From: an uncultured Gammaproteobacteria bacterium
Lineage (GTDB): Bacteria > Patescibacteriota > Patescibacteriia > Patescibacteriales > UBA12465
Assembly: GCA_964639785.1 (NCBI GenBank)
Contig: CAZXEE010000001.1
Span: 179,832-243,831, forward strand
Length of the DNA stretch: 64,000 bases
Direction: 5' to 3'
How positions within the stretch are numbered: the stretch's first letter is position 1; each line of letters starts with the position of its first letter. Of the stretch, positions 38,665-45,813 are shown piece after piece. The notes beneath the pieces were generated by a model. The model saw only the letters and a program-made list of their open reading frames with translations. It made no database searches and was not told the origin of the DNA. Both the position numbers and the translations under genes were made by a program.

Positions 38665-41205
38665 TTATTCCTTGATTATCTTGAAAGTTTTTAGGCTGTC
38701 GGCAGTCTTTATCGACAGATTATATATTCCCGGTCGAAGATTGGAAATATTAATCGTCGGTTGGTTGCCGGTAATCTTTAAGATAGTTTGCCCTAACAAG
38801 TTGGATAATTCCTCCCGCTCGATGGTCATTCCGTCAGTTTCGATATTTAAGATGTCGGAAGTCGGGTTAGGATAGACGCGGATTAAGCCGTTTCCGCCAT
38901 CGCATATCACTGATATAGGCGGGAAGGTCTTAAATTGTCCGTCATAATCGGTTTGGCGTAAGCGATAGTAATGGGTTGAATCGGAATATTCCTGGTCAAC
39001 GTACGAATAGTATAATTGTCTATTGCTGTTTCCGATTCCGGCAATTTTAGTTATCGGTAAATAGTTTATCCCGTCGGGACTTTTTTCAATCGTGAAAAAG
39101 CTATTATTAGTTTCGGTGAAAGTCGACCAACTTAGCATAGTCTTCCCGCCATGGCATTGACCGTCAAAGAAGGCCAAGGATATCGGCAGTCCGGATTTCA
39201 GTTTCACTTCGATGTCATCTACGAATAAATAGAACATATCGGCATCGGAATAAGCATTGAAGCCTATGAAATAGATGCCGTTAGTTGTCGGAGTAAAAAC
39301 ATATGAAGCATCTTGAGGACTGCTCTGGGTGATATTGGGAAAATCCATCAGGACTGTAGTCATTGATGCTGCTGCCGCCGAAGTTCCATAAGCTACTTTT
39401 AATTTTTCAGGGAAAGTAGTTCCGGTGTTACCGTATTTGAAAGTGACCTTGTATTCCGTCCCTCCTTCTAAGATTAGTCCGGGGGTATAGAACCAGGCAT
39501 TGGCGGCATAGGAAGCGTTCCAACGATATTCTAAGGTTTGACTGGTAAAACCATATCCAGGATTATTAGCGGTAATCCAGCTATTTCCAGACCCAATATT
39601 TTGGATCGAAGTGCAGGCTGGGATGGCTGGAATAATAGCTGTTTCGAAATTTTCGGAATAAGGAATGCTTATTGGACCGCAGATATTTACCAGATAGTCT
39701 TCGGTTTCACCATAACCATAAGTCAAACAAGGGGTTAAGCTGGCTCCGGAAAGGTTTTCAACGACGATAATTCTCATCATGGTCGTTCCTGAGACGGCAT
39801 TCGTCGGGACTGTGAAGGTTCCGGAAATTGTCCGTGGGCTGATCGTCGTGCTGTTTTCAACGTATACTTGTTCTCCAGCATCCAGAAACGAGCCGTTATG
39901 GTTGTAGTCTATCCAGATAGCGCAGCCATTGGGATAATAGGTGGCTCCGTCACACTCATTTTCAGCAATGGAAAAAGAGATGGTGCTTCCAATAGAAATC
40001 GTAGTTAATGGCCCTAGGGTTGTGAAGTTTGAATACTTATAAGCCACTGAACCAGCTCCCGGTGCGACCGTGCCGCAAGTGGAGCTATTAGTGATTCCGT
40101 TAATCGTGACGCTATAGATCTCTTCGTCTGCGGTATAATTAGCAGATGAAGAACAATAGCAATTCAGGAAACTATTGATAACCACTTGGGTAGGGGTAGA
40201 ATAAGAACTTAAGCTGCTATTAGTGCAAGTTACTAGACAGCGATAATAGGTGGCCGATGTCTGTGTGGCAGAATAGCTGGAAGCATTTGCTCCGCTGATG
40301 TTGCCATAAGAGACTCCGTCAGCCGAAGATTGCCATTGGTAAGTTGTACCAGGGCTTAAGGCGTTCTGTAATGACAAGCTAAAAGTATTTCCTGGACAGA
40401 CTGAACTTGACGATGCGATTGTGTTTCCTGGATTCGGCGTGCCAGAACAAGAAGTTATACAGGCGATTGTAAAATCAAATCCGCTGTTTTGGATGGATCC
40501 ATCTGAAACGAATCGGACAGTCAGAGCTCCGGTGGCATCAGTAGAGGTGATGGCTCCAATCGAGGTTGAAGATGATGTTGATCCAGTTAATAATATTGCT
40601 CCGCTAGTTCCGACTCCATTGTAAACATAAACATAGTCATAACCGCTTTCGGTGTAGTATGACCCGGTCAGCTGGACGAAGCTTCCGGCGGTGCTAGGGT
40701 AGATTACCGTATAGCCATCGCTTGTAGCTGCATAACTGCTGTTGGGTCCGCCATTGTCATAGATGTGCTCAGAGCAGGTGGTAACCGAGTTACTTCCTGT
40801 CTTGGGCACCGTTACGACGTGCTTGATAGCCGTTGTCCGGCTAGTAGCTGACGTGCCGCAACTGGAATTAGTATTGCAGTGGACATAATATGTCCCGCTG
40901 ACGGTTGCTTTCCAAGTTAATGGCGTGACTCCGGAGGCGATAACTGTCCCATTATACGTACCTTGTCTGACAGTTAAGAAGTCAGTAGCGATGCTACTGG
41001 TTGAGGTGTAGAAGGCTTCGGCCGCTACTGAATTGATAGTGGCGTATTCGGTGGCATATTGGACAGTGCTAATCGTTACGCTAGCTCCTCCCGTCGGGGC
41101 GGTTACTGTTCCGTAGGCGCTAGTGTTAGTGCACTGTGCCCAGGTTTCAATCGGCGAAAAAGCTATTATCAACAATAATAAGCTTACTTTCTTTAACTTT
41201 TTCAT
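38665..41205 (-). CDS. Large secreted surface protein: CUB-like, GEVED-like, choice-of-anchor-J-like domains + T9SS type-A C-terminal sorting domain
   Basis: 846 aa. Signal peptide ...IETWAQ; YGETEDYLVNI; ENFE...NSW...DDIEV; C-terminus VYPNPTSDILNIE...GIYNLSIKT...FKIIKE. Confidence 0.8.
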   Translation of the reverse strand: MKKLKKVSLLLLIIAFSPIETWAQCTNTSAYGTVTAPTGGASVTISTVQYATEYATINSVAAEAFYTSTSSIATDFLTVRQGTYNGTVIASGVTPLTWKATVSGTYYVHCNTNSSCGTSATSRTTAIKHVVTVPKTGSNSVTTCSEHIYDNGGPNSSYAATSDGYTVIYPSTAGSFVQLTGSYYTESGYDYVYVYNGVGTSGAILLTGSTSSSTSIGAITSTDATGALTVRFVSDGSIQNSGFDFTIACITSCSGTPNPGNTIASSSSVCPGNTFSLSLQNALSPGTTYQWQSSADGVSYGNISGANASSYSATQTSATYYRCLVTCTNSSLSSYSTPTQVVINSFLNCYCSSSANYTADEEIYSVTINGITNSSTCGTVAPGAGSVAYKYSNFTTLGPLTTISIGSTISFSIAENECDGATYYPNGCAIWIDYNHNGSFLDAGEQVYVENSTTISPRTISGTFTVPTNAVSGTTMMRIIVVENLSGASLTPCLTYGYGETEDYLVNICGPISIPYSENFETAIIPAIPACTSIQNIGSGNSWITANNPGYGFTSQTLEYRWNASYAANAWFYTPGLILEGGTEYKVTFKYGNTGTTFPEKLKVAYGTSAAAASMTTVLMDFPNITQSSPQDASYVFTPTTNGIYFIGFNAYSDADMFYLFVDDIEVKLKSGLPISLAFFDGQCHGGKTMLSWSTFTETNNSFFTIEKSPDGINYLPITKIAGIGNSNRQLYYSYVDQEYSDSTHYYRLRQTDYDGQFKTFPPISVICDGGNGLIRVYPNPTSDILNIETDGMTIEREELSNLLGQTILKITGNQPTINISNLRPGIYNLSIKTADSLKTFKIIKE

Positions 41206-41312
41206 TGTATTCTTGGTTTTTGTTGTTTGTTAAAGGACGATAATTACTCGGTATAATATTGTCATTAATTTATATTTTTGTCAATTATCTTAATGAAGTG
41301 GGAATACAAAAA

Positions 41313-41336
41313 ACCCGCTATATAAGCGGGTTTTTC
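41313..41336. terminator. Orphan terminator-like hairpin in divergent intergenic region
   Basis: ACCCGC-TATATAA-GCGGGT flanked by A6 and T5. No convergent gene ends here. Confidence 0.4.
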
Positions 41337-41511
41337 TTGTAGTCCTCCGAGAGGAGATATCTAAACATTTAAGCGAAATTATTGAGGAAATTAAGATCTG
41401 GGCGGTGTTTTTTACACTGATAAATTAATATTACTTTTTATAACTAGAAAAGTCAATTAACTTAAAGTCTAAATTTTTTGTTTTAAAACCCAGTTCAAAT
41501 CTGCCCCACTA

Positions 41512-41538
41512 TTGCCGGGGGGGGGGATATGGTATAAT
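41512..41538 (+). promoter_or_regulatory. Putative promoter of the DGR target gene with G10 tract in the spacer
   Basis: TTGCCG (41512-41517), 15-nt spacer that starts with the G-run, extended -10 TGGTATAAT (41530-41538). ATG follows at 41578. Confidence 0.45.
41517..41526 (+). repeat. Homopolymeric G10 tract
   Basis: Read directly: ...attgcc GGGGGGGGGG atatggtataat... Confidence 0.95.
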
Positions 41539-41577
41539 ACGAGTATTAATAAAAGTTAAGTATTAATCTTGTTTTAT

Positions 41578-42678
41578 ATGAAATCTAAAAAAGCCTTCAC
41601 CCTCATCGAGCTCTTAGTAATAATAGCCATCATTGGTATCTTAGTAACTATTTCCGTTTTAGCTCTCAATAATGCTAGGGCTAAATCCCGTGACGCCAAA
41701 AGAGTGGGGAATATGAAACAAGTCCAAACAGCCCTAGAGCTATTCTTTAACGACAAACAAAGATATCCCACCGCTGAAGAATGGAACACTGGAAAAATAT
41801 ATTCCACTACCACCAATTCCACCTCGACCTATATGCAAATAATACCAGTTGCTCCCACCCCTAATGATGGTAATTGTACCACCGATCAAAACGCTATTAA
41901 CTATATCCCTACCTCAGACGGAGCATCCTATTCTATCTCTTTCTGTCTGGGAGGTACTACCGGAACCCTAGCTCCCGGACCAAAATGTTTGACTCCTAGT
42001 GGAATTGTGGATATGGATTGTAGCGCTGGTAGTCCACCAGCTTTTGCTTGTGGTATTAGCCAAGTTACAATTTCTTCTATTGCCGGCCACACTTGTAATA
42101 CTGGCGCCCCAGACTATGACACTTGTACCTATGACACTGTTGATATTAACGGTCAATGCTGGATGAAGCAAAATATGAATATCGGTACTTATGTCACTGG
42201 TGCCACTACCCAAACCAATGACTCTAATTTACAAAAATATTGTTACGGCGATAATACCGGTAATTGTCTAACTGACGGTGGTCTCTATCAATGGGATGAA
42301 GCTATGCAATATTCCGTCACTGAATTAGCTCAAGGCGTTTGCCCCGATGGTTGGCATATCCCCACTGACGCTGAACAAAATACGCTTGACCAATCATTAA
42401 ATGATACTACTTGTGATGCTAATAGAATCGGGCTTGGTTGTGCTAACGCTGGAACGAAATTACAAGTTGGCGGCACTTCTCATTTCGAGGGACTATTAGC
42501 CGGCCTCCGCAGTACCATTGGGTTGTTCTACTATCAGGGGACGCGCGCGGGCTTCTGGTCGTCATCTATGAGCGGGTCTGATGCTTGGGATCGGTACTTG
42601 CGCACCGGCTATGCGACCGTTTTCCGCCTTCATACTGACCGAGCCTTCGGCTATTCTGTGCGTTGTCTTCAGGACTAA
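41578..42678 (+). CDS. DGR variable protein: prepilin-type signal + FISUMP/C-type-lectin-like domain
   Basis: MKSKKAFTLIELLVIIAIIGILV; CWMKQNMNIG, GGLYQW, GVCPDGWHIPT, GYSVRCLQD. The last 59 codons are the VR. ATG 41578 preferred over TTG 41569. Confidence 0.85.
   Translation: MKSKKAFTLIELLVIIAIIGILVTISVLALNNARAKSRDAKRVGNMKQVQTALELFFNDKQRYPTAEEWNTGKIYSTTTNSTSTYMQIIPVAPTPNDGNCTTDQNAINYIPTSDGASYSISFCLGGTTGTLAPGPKCLTPSGIVDMDCSAGSPPAFACGISQVTISSIAGHTCNTGAPDYDTCTYDTVDINGQCWMKQNMNIGTYVTGATTQTNDSNLQKYCYGDNTGNCLTDGGLYQWDEAMQYSVTELAQGVCPDGWHIPTDAEQNTLDQSLNDTTCDANRIGLGCANAGTKLQVGGTSHFEGLLAGLRSTIGLFYYQGTRAGFWSSSMSGSDAWDRYLRTGYATVFRLHTDRAFGYSVRCLQD
42499..42675 (+). repeat. DGR variable region (VR)
   Basis: Gap-free 177-nt match to 43258-43434. 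26 mismatches, 24 at positions where the TR has A. Confidence 0.85.
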
Positions 42679-42705
42679 TTCGACTATTTCGACTATTTTG
42701 ACTAT
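42679..42705 (+). repeat. 3 x 9-bp tandem repeat just after the VR and stop codon
   Basis: TTCGACTAT TTCGACTAT TTTGACTAT, read directly. Confidence 0.9.
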
Positions 42706-42708
42706 TTT

Positions 42709-42732
42709 TCCGCCTCGTGTCAGCGAGGCGGA
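42709..42732 (+). promoter_or_regulatory. GC-rich hairpin downstream of VR (candidate DGR target-site hairpin or weak terminator)
   Basis: TCCGCCTCG-TGTCAG-CGAGGCGGA: 9-bp stem, 6-nt loop. No strong T-run follows. Confidence 0.5.
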
Positions 42733-42749
42733 ATTAATTAAATTTTCCT

Positions 42750-43094
42750 ATGGCTACTTATGATAACTTGCCGGTGTATAAAGCCAGTTATGATTTATTG
42801 TTAGAGATATTCCTTTTCAGCAAAAATATGGATAAGGAATATAAATATACCATTGGGGAAGATTTGAAAAAAGAAACCACGGCTATGATTACCAATATCT
42901 ATCGTGCCAATTGCAATCAGAACAAAAGGGATTTAATCCAAGGTGGTCGGGAAAATTTAGAAGTCATCAGATTATATTTACGCTTAATCAAAGATTTGAA
43001 ACAGATATCTCTATTAAAATTCGTAAAGATTAATGAAATTATTGAATCAATTTCTAAACAATTGAATTTTTGGCAAAATGCCATGAAATCATAA
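42750..43094 (+). CDS. avd: Four-helix-bundle protein, Avd-type DGR accessory variability determinant
   Basis: 114 aa. LPVYKASYDLLLEIF...KEYKYTIGEDLKKE pattern of the 23S-rRNA-IVS/four-helix-bundle family. Lies between the DGR target and the TR. Confidence 0.7.
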   Translation: MATYDNLPVYKASYDLLLEIFLFSKNMDKEYKYTIGEDLKKETTAMITNIYRANCNQNKRDLIQGGRENLEVIRLYLRLIKDLKQISLLKFVKINEIIESISKQLNFWQNAMKS

Positions 43095-43257
43095 TGGGCC
43101 AGAGTCGTCATCGGTTACGGCCATGACGAGTGCGCCTCACTAGTCCAATAATCCACTAAATTTTCTAAATTTAGTAATTGACGGAGCAACCTGTCATTCT
43201 GCTGATTTTTTAGATAATATCAAATCAGCCGAAGAGTTTAGCGATTATTATAAAAGA

Positions 43258-43434
43258 GCCGGCAACCGCAATACCAATGGGTCGTTCAACAATCAGAGGA
43301 CGAACGCGAACTTCTGGTCGTCATCTATGAGCGGGTCTAATGCTTGGAATCGGAACTTGAACACCGGCTATGCGACCGTTAACCGCAATCATAATGACCA
43401 AGCCAACGGCTTTTCTGTGCGTTGTCTTCAGGAC
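43258..43434 (+). repeat. DGR template region (TR)
   Basis: Asn-codon-rich (15 AAY codons) copy of the VR. Non-coding in context; the track ORF 43370.. reads through it spuriously. Confidence 0.85.
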
Positions 43435-43489
43435 TTGTCAAAAGAAGCCATATAACAATAGCTTCTTTTATTTTACTAAAATATTTTTT

Positions 43490-43801
43490 ATGTCCGATAA
43501 ACTTCTTGTTGACCTCTTTCAAGCCTATTACGACGCTCGGCGTTACAAGAGAAATACGATGAGCGCTTTAAATTTTGAAATTAATTTAGAGCATAATCTA
43601 TTTGAGTTATATCAAGAGATAAAAAATGGTACTTATCAAATTAGTCCCAGTCTGGCCTTTATAATTTTCGATCCGGTTCAGCGGGAAATTATCGCCTCTC
43701 CCTTTCGGGATCGAGTCGTTCATCATCTCGTTTTTAATTATATTAATCCTGTTTTAGAAAAACTTTTTATTTCCGACAGTTATAGCTGTCGCCAAAGATA
43801 G
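43490..43801 (+). pseudogene. DGR reverse transcriptase, N-terminal fragment only (~103 aa)
   Basis: MSDKLLVDLFQAYYDARRYKR...PFRDRVVHHLVFNYINP...SDSYSCRQR*. Stops where DGR RTs continue with GKG and the catalytic domains. No RT motifs downstream in any frame. Confidence 0.75.
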
Positions 43802-44342
43802 GCTGGAAAATCAGTTCAGCAATTATATCAAAGAAATATCGCCTGATCCTGATTTTGCTAAAGCCTATCAAAAAATTGTGGTTGAGGAATGGGAAAAGGG
43901 ACTGCAAAATTATAAGGGTAGTATTGTTAATCTCAAGAATGAATTAGATAAACTAGAAATAGAGAAGTCTAAATTAATTGAAATGAAGAAAAAGGATTTG
44001 CTTGACGATGAGGACTTTAAAGAAGAAATGTATAAAGTAAAGATTAAAATAGCCGAAAAGCAGTCTATCCCAGCCGAGAGTATAGCTGATAATTTTGATG
44101 TTAAAAAAGAATCCAAAAAAGTTTTTGATATTATCCCCGACCTCAATAAATTCTATAATGGTCTCGGCTATTACGACAAGCTGAAATTACAGGGTTTGAT
44201 TTTTCCTGAAAAGGTCTATTTTGATTTTTCCGAAAGTCGAACCCCTAAATTGTCGCTAATATTACAAATCAAAAGAGAGCTGGCAACTGCCAGCTCCCCG
44301 AAAGTAGCCTCTAGGGGAATCGAACCCCTGTTACATGGTTGA
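43797..44342 (+). pseudogene. C-terminal remnant of a large serine recombinase-like protein
   Basis: The frame opens at the RT break. K/E-rich coiled coil plus LQGLIFPEKVYFDFSESRTPKLSLILQI tail. No catalytic N-domain. The 3' end reads into tRNA-Glu. Confidence 0.45.
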
Positions 44343-44376
44343 GAACCATGTGTCCTAACCGTTAGACGAAGAGGCC
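44305..44376 (-). tRNA. tRNA-Glu (anticodon CUC)
   Basis: Minus strand GGCCTCT...CATGG-TTCTCAA-CCATG...AGGGG-TTCGATT-CCCCT-AGAGGCT-A. 72 nt, hand-folded. Confidence 0.85.
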
Positions 44377-44381
44377 AGTAT

Positions 44382-45344
44382 CTATTTCAATATATTTCCG
44401 ATGATATTTTGGTTGCCGCGCAAGAAAGAATCGACTTCCATCACTTTGCGTCCTTCAAGCTGTAATTCTACAACAACTAAAGCATTATGTCCACATTGGA
44501 CGGCCAAGGCGCTCTCATAGAGGAATAATTGGCCTACCTTGTACTTGTTGATCTTGAGCGGTTTCGGTCTCACTGCCCATAGTTTAAACAAAACCTGATT
44601 AATTTTCAAGCCCTCATCGCTTAAGTAGCCATAGGCTCCAGGCCAAGGGTTGAAAGCCCGAGTTAGCCTTTCGATTTCTTCGGCGCTATGATGCCAATTG
44701 ATATGGCCGTCTTCTTTCTTGAGCATCTTGACGTAGCTGGCATAGCGGGATCTTTGTTTCTTCGGTTTGACCCGGCCCTTGATATAGCGGACTAAGGTTT
44801 TGAGCAATAATGGAGCGCCTAGTTCAGCTAATTTGTCATGCAGGGAAGAAGCGGTTTCGTCCTTGGCCAAGCGGATCTTCTTTTGGGCTAGGATCGGACC
44901 GGTATCCAAGCCCTCATCCATCTTCATGATGGTTATGCCGCTGAATCTTTCTCCGTTCAATATCGGAGCTTGGATGCAGGCCGCACCGCGGTATTTAGGT
45001 AGAAGGGAGCCATGGACATTAATGCAGCCATATTTTGGAATCCCTAAGATGGAGGCTGGGATGATCTGGCCGTAGGCGGCGACGACTATCAGGTCTGGTT
45101 GCAGTTCTTTGATCAACGCAGCTTCCTGTCTGATTTTTTCAGGTTGGTGGATCTTTAATTGATATCTCTGGGCCACTTTCTTGATAGCTGAAGTCGAGAG
45201 TTCTAAACCACGACCGACTTTTTTGTCCGGTTGGGTAACGACAGCGATAATCTCAAAAAAATCGCTGTTGATCAGCGCTTCTAGGCTGCGGGCTCCGAAT
45301 TCTGGAGTGCCCATGAAGATTGTTCTAATCGGTTTATTTTCCAT
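44382..45344 (-). CDS. fmt: Methionyl-tRNA formyltransferase
   Basis: IRTIFMGTPEFG, INVHGSLLPKYRGAACIQ motifs. Start MENKP (45344) or MISF (45359). Overlaps the end of def. Confidence 0.9.
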   Translation of the reverse strand: MENKPIRTIFMGTPEFGARSLEALINSDFFEIIAVVTQPDKKVGRGLELSTSAIKKVAQRYQLKIHQPEKIRQEAALIKELQPDLIVVAAYGQIIPASILGIPKYGCINVHGSLLPKYRGAACIQAPILNGERFSGITIMKMDEGLDTGPILAQKKIRLAKDETASSLHDKLAELGAPLLLKTLVRYIKGRVKPKKQRSRYASYVKMLKKEDGHINWHHSAEEIERLTRAFNPWPGAYGYLSDEGLKINQVLFKLWAVRPKPLKINKYKVGQLFLYESALAVQCGHNALVVVELQLEGRKVMEVDSFLRGNQNIIGNILK

Positions 45345-45810
45345 GATAAAGCTTATCAATGAATAAGATGCCGTCTAAGTGGTCGGTTTCATGCTGGATG
45401 ATCCGAGCCAGGATATGCTGGGCGGCTATTTTTTGTTTTTTGCCTTTGGCGTCTAAATAGACACACTGGATTTTGCTGTGGCGTTCGACATTCCCAAAAA
45501 TGATATTGCCGTTCTTGTCTAAGACTGATAAGCAGCCCTCTTCATCCACTTCTTTTGACCAAGACTTCTTAGTGATCTGCGGATTGATCATGACCATTAT
45601 CTTCTCATCATCCCGTAGTACTATCAATCTGATGTTCTGTCCTATTTGAGGAGCGGCTAATCCAGCACCATCCTTGATGAGCATAGTTTTTTCCATATCA
45701 GAAATCAGGCTCTGGATCTTAGAGTCGTTGATTTCCTCCATGGTCAGGGGACGGGATTTCTTCCGGAGGGTCGGATTGGGGTGATTAAGGATGGGCAAAA
45801 GCTTGGCCAT
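45334..45810 (-). CDS. def: Peptide deformylase
   Basis: GAGLAAPQIG, EGCLS, QHETDHLDG motifs; 158 aa. Confidence 0.92.
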   Translation of the reverse strand: MAKLLPILNHPNPTLRKKSRPLTMEEINDSKIQSLISDMEKTMLIKDGAGLAAPQIGQNIRLIVLRDDEKIMVMINPQITKKSWSKEVDEEGCLSVLDKNGNIIFGNVERHSKIQCVYLDAKGKKQKIAAQHILARIIQHETDHLDGILFIDKLYHGK

Positions 45811-45813
45811 ATA

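Larger units (their letters stand above)
41578..43801 (+). mobile_element. Diversity-generating retroelement cassette: target(VR) - avd - TR - truncated RT
   Basis: Canonical gene order plus a 177-nt VR/TR pair with adenine-specific mismatches (hand alignment). Confidence 0.85.

Noticed and set aside
35905-41205. T9SS-CTD genes as contamination or a chimeric contig
   Set aside because: This is not fully excludable without reads. However, the genes are flanked on both sides by CPR-like genes, use the same promoter and leader style as neighbouring genes, and show no obvious composition break by eye. I therefore kept them as a finding rather than dismissing them.
43144-43451. Open frame through the TR encoding a FISUMP-like C-terminus (…YKRAGNRNTNGSFNNQRTNANFWSSS…GFSVRCLQDLSKEAI)
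   Set aside because: It has no start codon or N-terminal domain, it is extremely Asn-rich (AAY at every variable position), and it sits between avd and the RT. This is what a DGR TR looks like, not a gene or an ordinary pseudogene.
43370-43489. N-terminal 40 aa of track ORF 43370-43801 (MRPLTAIIMTKPTAFLCVVFRT...)
   Set aside because: This part is an out-of-frame read-through of the DGR template region and spacer. The RT-like sequence begins at ATG 43490 (MSDKLLV...).
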